The notes beneath the pieces are model-generated. The model saw only the letters and a program-made list of their open reading frames with translations, did no database searches and was not told where the DNA came from. Below are positions 1 through 13,500 of a stretch of DNA of 64,000 nucleotides, piece after piece; within the stretch, counting starts at the first letter, position 1; each line of letters opens with the position of its first letter. This stretch comes from Tubiluchus corallicola (taxonomy: Eukaryota; Animalia; Priapulida). The stretch covers positions 124,001-188,000 of the forward strand of contig JAQGDQ010000143.1 in NCBI GenBank assembly GCA_030141605.1. Reading direction: 5' to 3'. The position numbers and the translations under genes are program-made.

Positions 1-2194
1 TGCTTACTTTTTTACTTATTCACTGTTTATCAGAGTAACATATAGGTAATAATAATCAGGATCACCTTGGAAATAAGTATCAAGTTACTAGAGGTGTTAT
101 TCCTGGACAATATTATACGTAAACGAAAGTATTACATTACCGATGTGAGCATTACTCAAGCAAGTCAGCAGTAAAAAGTAACTAGGTCATGTAATTGACA
201 ATCAAAGAAGAGACGCAAAGATGTCGAGAGAACACTCTCTTTTTTATTTCGGATCAAACTGTGACAGACACAAACGAATTTTATTTATGTCTTTTGCAAA
301 TTCTTATTGATGTGCACTTTGGCATAAGTTTTACTACGATAGTTTTAAACATGATTAGCTAATGTTTTAGGAAGAGAGAAAGTCACCAGGCATGAATGCA
401 CTTACAGTGGCCCACATTAAGTAGTTATTTCTATTAAATTTACAAAAAGATTAAAATCAAATGAAAAAAGAACGTAAGTTGTTAGCATTGATAATCTCCG
501 AAGGTAAACTGTTCCACATATCGATCACCCTGTTTGTAAAAGAGTAGTTAAAACCATCAATACGACAATAATTTTGTACAACTTGTAACTATGGCCTCTT
601 AATCCGAGACTAGGTGTGTAGGTAAAAAAAATCGTTAAAACGTAGATCTATAAGTGCATGACACATTTTGTGCACCAATTTCATATCAAAAATAAAACGT
701 CTGGTTTCAAATGGTCTAGTCTACTAAAATAGTTAACATAAGGTAACCCACATTTCGCATATGACCGTTTTGTAACATATTTTTGTACTCGCTCGATTTT
801 ATTAATCATAGTAATGAGGATTACAGCAATGCAATATTACTGGGGTGTAATATTCCAGCAAAGGTCGAACGAATGACTTATACGATGTTAAAAGAGCGTC
901 AATGTTATTGTAACAAAGCAGCGAAAAATCGTATTTGCTACTTTAAAAGCTTTGGCGACCTGCTCAGCACAGTAAATTGAAAATTTTAGTAACACCCAAG
1001 TCTCTACAATAGTATTCGCTGGTAACTGCTTGTCCTTTAATACGTAATGAAAATGGGGATTACTGCTTCCTGTGTGAATGAGTACACACTTATGAGCTGC
1101 AAAGGAAAACGCATACTTCATAAACAACCTTTTGAGTGTTCTTTCAGAGGCATATGTCTTAATCTCGATGTACCCTGTAATAGCCCCTATTTTGTAATTA
1201 ATTAACGGAAAAAGAATTTCTGTCTAAAATGCTGCTAATTGGCGCAACTGTTTGATAAATGAGATTTTTAACAGTGATTGTATCATTTTGTCTAAATTTT
1301 ATCACTGCTGGATAAATCAGCTGTGTACAGACATCTGTTAGTTTTACAGCTATGTACACATATTTTATGGAGTTTTTTAATCTGCAAATCATTTTATTGC
1401 TGTAGTATTTTATGTACATGTATGTGTGAAGTAGTGGTTTCTGTTGTATATATGTAGCAGTGTTTATTGTATATGTGTATTGATATGTGTTTTTGCCCGG
1501 AAAGAACTTCTCATCGATTTATCTGTTTTTATCAAGGCTGAATGGCTGCAGGTGAAGTTGCCATTGGCTGGTGGGCCTGTTGAGTATCCTTCCTTTGCCT
1601 CTTCGATAAAAACATTTAAAATAGTTGAAAAACTGATTTCAAATATGTGTGTTATTACTAAAATTGTTTTTCAGTCAGCTTAATAATAATGATTAATTCT
1701 TGTCAAAATTTGTTTCTTGTACATACGCATACACATGCAAATCGATAGTAAAAATAAATAAAAAACAGCACAGACACGGAAGAAAGAACCAATATTGGCA
1801 CCCTCTAAAGTCTGACCTATCTACGATACTTTTAGATAAACTGCGAACGTAAGCACAGCGCTAGTTGTCTCCTAAAAGGTCAAAATGAATGCTTTCATTT
1901 GTTCTTATTTGTTCCAAGGCCTATTAAGAAACGGATTATTATTATCTACGAATGGTAACAATATTATTATTTCCGACGCTTCAGGCAGATAAGAGAAAAT
2001 GACTTCAGCTTTATGCTCTTAGCAGAAAGAAGTAATGACAAAACCCATTAAGCTTCGCAGCATCTTATCATATTATTTCTTGTCTCAGGTATAAGTAGAT
2101 AAGATCTCAACACTGAAGACAGATGACCAACATAGCCTACTGAACTTGCAATTGTAGCAGTCTGTTTCTCGTCTAGTTGTTAAATATCGGTATT

Positions 2195-2876
2195 ATGGGT
2201 ATTTTGCTAATGGTTCAATTTAAAGTAATCGTTTTTATAGCTTACGTGCATCTCGTGAGCAATGTAGCTGCGTTCACCATTAATGCATTCTCTCTTGTGG
2301 AAACTAACACTCCGTTTGGACACAAAATATCAGGACCTGGAATAGACCTTGGTTTTGAAGCAGCGAGAAGGCTCCTAAACAGTACTTTTGAAATAAAAAA
2401 TCATTATATTATCATTAAACCACAAGGCTGCATTCCTAGTTACATTGGCGCCATCGCAGCTGAGTTATACTGGACCAGGAATGTGTCAGTTTTCATTGGA
2501 CCTGGATGTAGTAACTCCCTCGTTCATCTGGGATACATGGCAGCTCGATGGAATCTTCCTGTTGTCACCGCTGCTGGTACTGAAGCTAAACTGGCTAATA
2601 AGAAAATGTTCCCAATTTTGACCAGACTTATATTCAGTAATCAGCAGACACTAAACGAATTCTATTTTAATATTTTGACATACTTTAGATGGAAACACTC
2701 AGCCATAATATTCGATCAAAACCATCGTATTTCGTTGATTATTGGCGAAAATGTGTACCGGATGTTTATAAATAATCATTATCCAAGTTTGCAGTTGGTG
2801 TTTAATACAAAAGCGAATGCGAAATACGAACAAACTGTTAAACAGCATCTAATGAAAGTTTCAAAGCACGCTAGAG
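2195..2876 (+). CDS. Receptor guanylyl cyclase variable first coding exon V1 (signal peptide + N-terminal half of ANF-receptor-type ectodomain)
   Basis: ATG 2195 and hydrophobic leader; motifs SGP, C..YIGAIAAE, VFIGPGCS, AARWNLPVVT, LANKKMFPILTR, YFRW. Ends CAC GCT AGA G|GTAAGA (phase 1), compatible with the exon at 18644. 682 nt; predicted isoform 1054 aa. Confidence 0.88.
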
Positions 2877-3027
2877 GTAAGATTTTATACATTTTAGGTA
2901 AACCTTTGAAGAAAATAAACGTCTTTTCCTGTCAGTAATTGGCGGAAATGTTTATTGGTATGTTTTTATATATACGTTTTTTATATATATTTCCAAGTAT
3001 TTATTGTTTAATCGGTGATTATACTAC

Positions 3028-3112
<85 letters not shown>
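3028..3112. repeat. (TAT)n microsatellite
   Basis: Perfect trinucleotide run, directly visible. Confidence 0.95.
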
Positions 3113-3279
3113 AATCCTAACAGTTAGTTTTCAGATTTTTTTATATAAATGCATTTTTATTTTTTTGTTTGTGTACGAAGAGTACACAACGACGGATTTA
3201 AACGTTTGTGCCTTTTCATTTGTTTATTGTGCAATTTTTAAATTGATGTTCATTATGTAATATAAGGCATTATTTAATA

Positions 3280-4620
3280 ATAATGCAGCATTACGTTACA
3301 AATCACGAAATTTGCCATTACGTAACTATTTTTGTGTAATTATGTAACAAAACGATGCATTATGTAACGGCATGATCATGGTGTATGGTTGAGACTTGCC
3401 ATGATCTCGATGTGGTTTGATTATTGGACTACATCAGTTTCCTTCTGTTCTAGACACGGGTGTGGTCGATTTGGTTTTCTTTTGGACTCTGGCTGGTCTG
3501 GTAGGAATCTGGTCTTCTGAGGTGTGACCTGTCAGAGGTCTGGCCTGTGGCTGGTCTATCTTGAATCTCATCTGTTCGAGTCTGATGTATCAGAGGTGCG
3601 GTCTATCGCTAGTTTGCGTCTGGTTCGGTCTTTCTGAAGTCTAACCTGTTAGATTGCTGGGTACGGTCTGATAGAACCACACTGAAAAATGGACTCTTAT
3701 GACCTACGAATTAGTCCGCAGTATGTTATTGTTCTTTGCGAAATTAATGTGTACAAGAATTTTCCCTGTAACATAACTAACGACGAAGGATCCATACTGG
3801 ATCCCAAAATTCCTTTTTCATTTGAGACCATTTTCAAATTTCTCGCGTTGTCAAACTTTCATTCAACTTTCATTCAACATGACAAAGGCACAAAATTCAC
3901 TCAAATATCAAGACTCCCATATATGCAATTATCTCTCCCTAGAATTAATTAAGTCCTTAAATTACATGATTCGAAATCATAAGGCTCTACTTATTTCTAC
4001 TCTGATACTAACTCTAGGTAATATGTTCACTTGAGTTATTACTATTTTCAATTAATGCATTTTAAACAAGTACATTATTGTTATTCCCACGTACTATTAA
4101 GGTTGTTCCACTAAAGGTGCTTAAAAGTGTGTATTGCTAAATATAGCAGTAAGGTACATAGTAACTGGATCTTTTAAAAGCAAGCAGGAAAATATTGGGA
4201 TGGCTAACTCGATAACTTTCGTTAATTCCCCACCCCTTCACCTAAACGTAGTAACTAAAAATTAATTGTAATATTATATTTATATTTTGTCTTAATTCAT
4301 TACAGCTATATTGTACTAATAGTTTTACTAACAGGTGAAAAATAAACGATATTCTAATTATAATTCTACAACCATATCTTCTAAATCAACTTCTGACAGA
4401 CCAAACCCTAGACCACCAGGCTCTAGACAGGAAGACTCTGATATACAAGACCTCAGACAAGACCAGATGGTGCTGGAGCGACATCCACATCTAGAACAGA
4501 AAGAAACTGACCCACTCCAATAATTAGACCTCATCCAGACAGTGCACATGACCTAATTGCAGACCACGACCAAACTTAGGTCTGTCAGTTACATAATGCA
4601 TTATTTTTTGTTACATTATG
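3280..4620. mobile_element. Putative foldback/inverted-repeat element, or two inverted copies of a repeat
   Basis: attatgtaacaaaacgatgcattatgtaac (about 3339-3368) closely matches the reverse complement of gttacataatgcattattttttgttacattat (about 4588-4619). A TCTGG-rich block (3430-3670) mirrors a CCAGA-rich block (4390-4585). Confidence 0.45.
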
Positions 4621-6998
4621 ATGTTTCGCTACGAAAAATTGTTACCGAAATTTGTCGTTCAATAGAAATGGAGCATGTTCTATCATCGTGAGAATTACTT
4701 GGAAATGTATATTAAATGTTAACTGCTTAATTATTTCTTTTGTATTTAACGAACAACAATTAAAATAATTCAGCATAAAATGCAAGTTTCAACTCATTTT
4801 TTACCATTTTGTGGTGGTCACCAATGTAGCAGATAACTGCACTTAACTATTTTTCACTTTGAGCATGTTAATTTAAATTGTATTTAAAATCGTTTACCCA
4901 AGTGATTGAGGCTATTTAATTTTTTTGAATGTTTCAAACTTGCGCTGTCATTTACGGTCAGTATTTAAGAAAAAGCTATACATTAAATAAAACCACTTCT
5001 TTTTATGTTACCTGAATCAGTAAATAAGCACAAGATGTAAAAATTTTCTTCTAACATAACTTTTATTTTCAGTTTACTAGCAATTTTTGTTCATAATAAT
5101 AGCATGTTTAAATTTAAACAAGTACGAGAGTTTCGTCGCTACATTGTTAGGTCACTTGATCGAGATGTCGTCTCATTGAATAAAATAAAATACAAAATAA
5201 ATTGGTATAAAAAAACTGAACGGAAGACGGATGCTTTACTCGTTATTACCTTCTACTTATCTGTTGGATAATAGGGTTACTTCCTTTGTCGGTAAAACCT
5301 GGTCATTCATGTAATTGATGAGAGATGTTTGTTAAATTAGGCATTTATTGAATACCTTAATTACCTCTGCATTGGATGAAGACGCCGGCACATTTGACAT
5401 CAGGTTTGATGGATTAAATCGTTTCCGCTTGACGTGGGAGTTTGGAGGAGAGAGCCTTCAAGTTACTTGATCTTGAAAGATGTATACTGTTCCTGCTCTG
5501 GGTCCTAAGTTTGATGAGAAGTTGTGGGGACGTCCTGAAAAAGACTGCTTGCTATCCCGAAGAAGACTGAGAGAGACGCTAGCCGAACCTGCTATAACTG
5601 AAGAAAAAAGTTTCGCTGCATCATTAGAGCGCGCATGAGAAAGGACCGGTCCCACCAATGTGCTGGAAACCTGTTTGTCTGAAAAACTTTTTTATATTTG
5701 ATAATGTTTTTGTTCTATGTTTGCTCTGTAAAATTAAATACGAATCCTGACGTTTGTTTATAAAAGCAAAAAATATTGCGAAACGTGTTTTATTGTCCGA
5801 AGGTATTACACATAATATACTCTTTATGAATGTTATAGTGATCATAGTCGTACGGTAAGAAGTTTCACACGGCGAAGAAGAAATTTCTAAGTTATCCAGT
5901 CTGAGTGATTTCAAAATAAATGTACACAACGGACCGCATGATAATATATAGGACATAGACTGACACAAGTGTCTAAAACAGAATAGTTATGCTTATTAGG
6001 CCTAAGTGTTTATACTTATTTATATTTTATACTTATATATTTATATATATGTACACAGTAATAAATGGACTCTGATTGCAATAGTTATATCATATAAATG
6101 TAAGAAGAACAAATTATAATAACCTTTACTAAAAAAATCACGAGTCCAACAAGTCAAAGGTTTGTATTTTCATTGAGCAAATGCCGCAGATATACATTTT
6201 TTAATGCTTCAGAAACTTAAAAGAAATAATGGTGATAGTGTATGTTTTCCTTGTGCAAATATGTCTATAACCTTGTCTATTACAAAAAGTTTATAAAAAG
6301 TTTGATGTGATTTGCAGAACTAAAGTGGATAGCAGGTACTACATTTCAGAATTTATATTAAAAGTTAAAAACAATTTGTCGCACAAGAAATATTTTAAGT
6401 GCAGTCAATAAAAAGAAGTAGTAAATGCATGAGCAATTTTTGAATGCTGAAATATTAAATTTTGAAAAGTTAAAATAGAATTACTTGCCCAGAAAATAAC
6501 TAGCTTTTGTCCTGGAAAAAAAACAATTCAGCCCCCGTCTCGTACGCGTATGGAAGTGATGGTTATATTCGTGAAAATAACGCACGTATATATTTATTTT
6601 ATATAGGTGTTTTCTCAAATTTTGAAGTGGTTAGTATATATATATATAACGCTATATATATATATATATTACACTAAGTATATAACGCAAATTAATGCTA
6701 TACACAATAGACAGGTGGCTATAGACGATTAGTAACAATAGAAATATATACAAAAAACAATATTATATATATGAAATTTTTAATTAATTAGTTGGTAAAT
6801 ATAAAAGCATCTCTTTCAGTTCATTTCGAGTGAAACTATCAACCATTCACGTTGACAAGACTAATAGATTTCATAACTTAGTTTTTTTCTACAGTATAAT
6901 TTAAGGCCATTTCTTTGCTTTCGTAAAAAACCCATTCAGAATGTTCAGCGACTAACGAATTTCGTTATAAAGTTTGACTGACGTGTTTGTACATCTTT

Positions 6999-7930
6999 TT
7001 ACAAAAAATGTGGCTGAAGTTTGCAATTCTCCGCACACAAGAAATTAGTTCGTGATGCGATTAACAACGAGTGAGAAGGCAAATGAGAAGGAGCGGGAGA
7101 GGGTGATAGAACGAGGAGAATGCTAATAAGGGGAATAGTTTCGGCTATATAACGTGACATATTTGAATGGGAGTTGTACGGAATAGTTAAAATTTGTCGC
7201 AAGGATTTTCTAAATTCCTGCGCTATTAGCTTAATGTTACTGTCAGCTAGGCAGAAAATACTACTACCATAAAATGGAGAGCAATAGGAAAAGAACAATT
7301 TTAGCAATACACTCTTGTCAGAGTCTTATGAAATCTGCAAATTCAATGTTGTGTTACATTACACAACATTGAATACACAGATTTCAAAAAATCTTGCTTA
7401 CAATGCAGAATGTCAGTATTTTGACAGTATTAAACAGTAGTTAAGACAATGCCCTAAGTAATCAACTTCATTATACCATTTAATCTGGTTCTATTAACAA
7501 TAATCCTCGGGATATTGTATTGCTGGTGTTTTCTAAATAGAATATATTTTGATTTTTCCAAATTGATCAATAAGTCATGTTTTTCAGCAAAGTCTGTACA
7601 AGTATTCAACATGATTTTTAAGCCTGTTAAGGAGGGAGCCAATAAGGCGTCACCAGCATAACCTGACGTACCCTGAGTAAACAAATTTAAAAGGTGCCAC
7701 CAATTTTCAATTTTGTCAGCATTTCATCGATGTATATTGAAAAGAAGACACAAGATAGTACACTACCCTGCCTTATCCCATTGATGGCAGTAAATTTGTA
7801 AGAATTTGCACCATTCCACTGAACTCTTATTTTTGATTTACATAAACACTGAGTAACAATGACAAAGCATAATAAGACATGCTATATTTCTTTTCAAGTT
7901 TTGTAAACAACGTACTAATGTTAATTCTAT
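6999..7930 (-). mobile_element. Decayed non-LTR retrotransposon (LINE) reverse transcriptase fragment
   Basis: Minus-strand fragments NGIRQGSVLSCVFFSIYIDEML, GYAGDALLAPSLTGLKIMLNTCTDFAEKHDLLINLEKSK (degenerate YADD region) and LFFSYCSPFYGS...FRKSLRQILTIPYNSH, broken by frameshifts. Confidence 0.75.
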
Positions 7931-8357
7931 TTTTTAAATGCTAGTTTTTTACTAGAGGAATGTTGGAGCTAGATAGACGAGTGTAAAAAACTGCGCGTTT
8001 TCTGTGTGAAATGATCTTTTTCTGTTTTCGCGAAAAATCGAAAAGCTTGAGAAATTTTTCGGGTTCCCGAATTTCTGAGAACAATCCCGTATTTTATTTT
8101 CCTACCCAACCTAGCACACAGGTCTAAAATAAGGATCACGTTTGTGTGCCGTTTTTGTTTTTGTGCGGGAACTCGTTAAGATGTACGAGTTTGGGTTGTT
8201 TTCTCAGCCTTGCAAATGTAAATTAATTGAGTTTATTATGATGAGAGCACTTGAAGTAATGATACATCAAACTACGATCCTGTCGATCCCCTGCATCAGA
8301 ATATTGTTCACCCAACTCAGCATGTCAGATACATTTTTATATAAGCAAATATCTATA

Positions 8358-8408
<51 letters not shown>

Positions 8409-8590
8409 CCGTCTGTCCGTCCGTCCGTTCGTCCACCTACAGACGTACATACATACATACATACATACATACACACATACATACATACATACATACATAC
8501 ATACATACATACATACATACATACATACATACATACATACATACATACATACATACATACATACATACATACATACATACATACATACAT
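8358..8590. repeat. Compound tetranucleotide microsatellite (GTCT)n-(GTCC)n-(ACAT)n
   Basis: Directly visible; accounts for the many low-complexity ORFs here. Confidence 0.95.
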
Positions 8591-8649
8591 AATTCATGCA
8601 TATGGTAAATAAAGGCGACCAGAAAACATTGTTTTTGGACGACAAAAGC

Positions 8650-9350
8650 AAACAATAGTCAAGAAAGAAATGATATCATTAGGTGAAATAGATCTGGTTT
8701 GGAAGTAGTTGGTTCTAAAGGATGTGAAAAGAATTTTTATAAGTTTCACAAGCTTAGAATGTGTGGAAGCAGTTCGTGCACACACACATAAGCAGCTTTT
8801 CAAATTGAAATCAGTTTTTGTTTCTTCATTACGTTGTACTTCTCACCACATTGAGCTTACATTACATCGATCATACCTAATTTAGTTCAGACAATGACGT
8901 TTTACTTGTTCTGGTAGCAGTAAGGTCATTGTTAGAAAAAACATTATCCAACCCTGCAATCGATGTTGAATGAAAATCGACAAAATTAAAATCAGAAAAC
9001 ATCTGTCGGAATCACACCATGTGACGTAAAATATTACAACAAAAAATTTACTAGAAAACGAGATTTTTGCCAGCAATGAAAAGAACTATTTGAAGATTAT
9101 AGATTTCGGACATTGTCGTGTTACTGTGAGACTGGTATTTTCTTGTTTGTACGACATCTTGAAAAGAATTTCAACTATGACTGGAGAACGTGCACCTGCA
9201 CTTCACACTAGGCTTCACATCAGCAAAATATGTTCGTGAATCAGCAAAAAATTGAAAGAAACTTAGAATCCAAATAATGCAAGGAGTTGCGTGGGTAAGC
9301 CATGGGAATTTTAAGCTTCTTTCACTTATTCTGGAAATCGCCACCTCTTC
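8650..9350 (+). pseudogene. Possible decayed protein kinase relic
   Basis: GITPCDVKYYN from 9008, then after a frameshift NLLEN...YLKIIDFG (DFG 9102-9110). Resembles kinase subdomains VIb-VII; surrounding frames have stops. Boundaries are uncertain. Confidence 0.35.
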
Positions 9351-10459
9351 ATAACGTTTTTACTTGAGCACGAATATGCATAGAGCAATATATATGAGGT
9401 GGACAATATGTGTAAGTTGCCAGTCTGTTGTTCTTTTGATATAAAAACCTTGAGTGCCTAATTCATGACGGTGTATGAGCCGGAGAACGTGTTGCATTTA
9501 GCTGGTTGTTGTGGTATTAGTGTAATTGTAGCTTGATTATCGTATATGTGCTGCGAAAGTTCTACTTTCACTTTGTTCGAAAAAAATAATTCCAAGGATT
9601 ATGTAGCCCTTTAATCATCAGTACTTATTTCGTCTACACCATCATATCAAAGTGCAAATAAAATTCAGTTCAACCCAGTATTTGTGGAGAACTGGTCAAC
9701 CAGATTGTCGACAATGCAGGCAGGATCTGGTGTTAAACTACTGAGGTGATATGAAAAATAATATAATAGTGATATCATAGTGATAGTGATCAACGTTTTT
9801 AATGTTGAGATTTTGTTATCGATTCATTAGAAAAAAGAAGATTTCGTATATCTGTGTAACGTTTCGTAAAAGAAAGAATTTTTATTGACAAAGTAATTAC
9901 CAGTAACATAAAATTGTAAGAGATGATACCGAATGAAGTCATAGCTTATGCAAGCAAAACAAATTGTCTCCAAGCACGCAGTAACGCGGATCGAAAATTA
10001 TAATAAAGAAGAGAAGCTTTAAGACGAAAGCTTTAAGAAAGGCTTTTTCACATTGTATTTGGCACAAAGACGTAAAAATTGACAATGATGAATCCTGTGC
10101 ATTATCGCTGAGATGTAATAATAAGCGCATTAAGTTATTAAAGAAGCCTTTTACAAGACTTTAATTTGAAAACCAAAGGCAGCGCAGGCCGAGGCGCGCA
10201 CTATTATGATTCTTAAAATATCGAAATTTAGCGAAGTTTGTAACATGTCACAGAATTTCATATTACGGACACTTGTAATACTGCTTTCTTTGTACGCGTG
10301 TACGATTAATTTTTTGTATACTGACTGTAACATGATATAAAATTGCTAGCAAATATCGTTTTAACGGGCTGAGCGGTTTGGATTGTAGCGTGATGCAACA
10401 AGCTATGTGCATTTTGTGTTTATAACATTTGTTAAGCATAGATTATTGCAGCCAGACTT

Positions 10460-11126
10460 ATGAAGTTTTCACTGGCGACAATAAGTATTTTAGCTGTTAG
10501 CCGCTTACTAGTCACTGTAGTCATAAGTGAACAAGTTAGCAATATATACATTAAGTCCATTATTGAGACTGGGCGTCTTGGCTTTCCTTTACCACAGTCT
10601 GGTCCAGGCGTTGAAATCGGTATCATCAAGGCAAGAGAGATTCTCAGAGACATGGCCATTGTCCACCACAATTTTGTCTCTGCCATTGGTTCAGCGTGTG
10701 ACAGTAGCCGGTACATAAATGCCATTACAGCTGAGATTTACTGGACGCAGAATGCGACCGCGTTCATAGGACCAGGGTGTAGTGACTCTCTTCTACAGTT
10801 TGGGCACACAGCCGCCAGATGGAACTTGCCCATTGTTACACCAGTGGGAATATCTACCAAGCTGTCAAATAAAAAGTTCTTTTCCACGCTTACGAGAGTT
10901 GGTCGAAATCAAGACAGTTTGAACTTGGTCTATTTAAACATTATCAAATTTTTCAATTGGCGGCACACGGCCATCATATACAATGAGAACAGAGCCTTCG
11001 AGGTAGTGCTTGCAAGGAATATTTTTAACATGTTTATCAAGCTTCAGTATCCTATTGTTAAAGTTACAGTGAAAAAAGATGAAATAGGAGCTGATCAGTT
11101 GATTTATGCATCTACCGTAGCCAGAG
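10460..11126 (+). CDS. Receptor guanylyl cyclase variable first coding exon V2
   Basis: ATG 10460 and signal peptide; SGP, C..RYINAITAE, AFIGPGCS, AARWNLPIVT, LSNKKFFSTLTR, FFNW. Ends GCC AGA G|GTAAGT (phase 1). 667 nt; predicted isoform 1049 aa. Confidence 0.88.
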
Positions 11127-11477
11127 GTAAGTATAGTCTCTTCTGGATGAATCTTCATTCTGAATCTTTTTTGCATTGAATTTTAGATTAAGAGAATAAT
11201 TTATATTAAAAGTATTATAATTATATAAGTAGGAAAAAACGAAATGAGTACGAAAAACTAATTTTAGAGCTTCAACATCCGGTACTTTAGCGTCAAGCAG
11301 AAGGCCAAATACTGATGTCTGTCTGCAATGTATTTTGGCATAATTATAGATTTGGGTGTTGAATATTTTTAGCCTGCTTTTCATAACAGATTTGCCGAAA
11401 ATTTACACAAATTTGAGTTTACTTGAAATTATTGCATCCCGAAACCAAAGACTATTTTCTTTCAGAGACGCTCTATA

Positions 11478-11626
11478 TAATGTAATGTAATGTAATGTAA
11501 TGTAATGTAATGTAATGTAATGTAATGTAATGCAATGCAATGCAATGCAATGCAATGCAATGCAACGCAACGCAACACAACACAACACAACACAACACAA
11601 CACAATACAATACAATATAATATAAT
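11478..11626. repeat. Compound pentanucleotide microsatellite TAATG>CAATG>CAACG>CAACA>CAATA>TAATA
   Basis: Directly visible. Confidence 0.95.
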
Positions 11627-12829
11627 ACAGACTCTCTATACAATATACATTAATTACATTGTGAAACCGATGGGGTGCAGATATCAGTTAAACGCTTTGG
11701 CAGTAACAGGTGTTAGATGGTGCAGTTTGTGATGACACTACGTGTCGATCTGTTATTGTGTTTACTAAAAAAGTTAATATCAATTGACCGATTAATTAAG
11801 TGGGGAAATGATTCTCTGTTTATGTGATCAACTCATGTTTCTGGATGTACGTGCATTAGGTGTACAGTTCCCAAAATACCAGTGGACTGCCACATTTACA
11901 AAGTCATTCATGAGTAGTTTCCATCATGCGATAGGCTAGTTAGCTGGTATGTTGGCTAGTTGCATGCTTGATCATTTGGTTCGTTGGGTAGCTGGTGAAC
12001 TGTTTAATGATTTGGTTTTTAGTTGTTTGAACTGGCAAATAATTTAGTCAATCATTATTTAATTGTTTGATTTGTTGATTTGTTCTTCATTCATCTCTTT
12101 CCAAACATTAGTCCCTGTATAAACTATTGTTAATTTACAATTCACTATTGCAATTCGTGTCATCAAATTAATTTCTTCAGTCCAATACACTGTTCATCAC
12201 TATGATACCAAACCATCACGCTATCGCAGTATCACCCATAAAGCTGCTCAACCATTATGTTTGAAGTCACAGGGCCGGTGCTAGGATGTGCTGGGCACAA
12301 TTTGAAGAAATCTGTCAAATAGGCTTATAACCGCAGACACTACAGCTGTTCATCGACTACTCTATTAGTCATTAACGCCACAATTTAAACAACAGTATGC
12401 AATACTATTATTTAGACTGTGCTAATGCTACCCAACCAATTCTCTCTCGGCAATAACGTTACCAACCTAACAATAATCACTAAGGAGTACATTTTGTATT
12501 TTTCACGTTGTAATGTATACGCTCAAACCAATGTTGCCTTCCCGTATCTATGTTAATTTTTTTTTACAAAAAATACAAATTTTCTCTAGTCTACAATTAT
12601 TACCTCTACAAAGCCACTGAAATAAGTGCTAGAAAAATACGTGCTACAGATTACTACGTTGCACTGAAAAGCTAAAATGCATACATACATTGTTGGTCCA
12701 ATATTGAGTCGAGAAAAGCCAGAATGTCAGTAAAAGGTAGCAGTAGCAGCATAATTACAGGTCAAATTTTAAAGGTAACAGAGACGTGTGTACATAACAA
12801 GTTTCATCTATACAATGTCAGAGTAGAAA

Positions 12830-13500
12830 AAGTATTCAACCCTGTAGAACTACAGTCTAATATATTGTGGCTTCTAATGCATATGCCGCTTGGGAAGGGG
12901 TAATGGACCAAAACATTTGTACCTGCAACACACATGGTAATCTTCTAAACTATATTATTCACGTGTATCCGGCTTGCCTATTTAACCAGCTCTTGATCAC
13001 AGTTAAAAGAAGCGTACTAAAAGTTTAACAAATTATCAGAAGTTCTAGAAGAAGATGAGTTGCACGTTCTCAGCATATTCTTGCAAAATCTTACTATCCA
13101 AGCCCGATATGGAAGAACGATGAGCGTGCCATTCTGTTCTAACATCGAAGTACCTCAAGGGAATTGTTTGAGCCCGTCCCTTTCACCTTGTATCTTGTCG
13201 TAGCTATGACAGACGACAACTGTATACCTTGTGAAGAAATGAAGGTTCATACCTACACATATCTCAATCTAGAAAACTTTAGACTAGATACATTAGTTGA
13301 ACATAGTTCTGCTACATTCGGAAAACCTTCATCTTTCATCTCCATGCAATATTTGGATGATATACTGGACGCGATATGCAAAACAAATTAATATCATTTG
13401 ATCAGGTCACTGTAAAATTTTCAAATAACGGAGTTTTCAATAAGCAATAAAATCATGGAATAAGATATAAGGCAAACGTGTGTTAATCATGAACAATGTT
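12830..13500 (+). mobile_element. Decayed LINE reverse transcriptase fragment
   Basis: EVLEEDELHVLSIFLQN, then EVPQGNCLS/frameshift/PVPFTLYL (QG..LSP motif, about 13150) and MQYLDDI (YADD equivalent, about 13347). Confidence 0.65.

Noticed and set aside
5280-5968. GC-richer block with short minus-strand ORFs
   Set aside because: Possibly a very decayed LINE segment, but no diagnostic motif could be confirmed.
8142-8655. ORFs with HTYI and MYVC repeats (likewise 16336-16823, 30840-31213, 44690-45070)
   Set aside because: Translations of microsatellites.
2195-11126. V1 and V2 as stand-alone single-exon genes (ORFs 2177-2938 and 10460-11179)
   Set aside because: Homology stops exactly at the GT donors and the residues beyond are unrelated intron read-through. 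Half an ectodomain is unlikely to fold alone.
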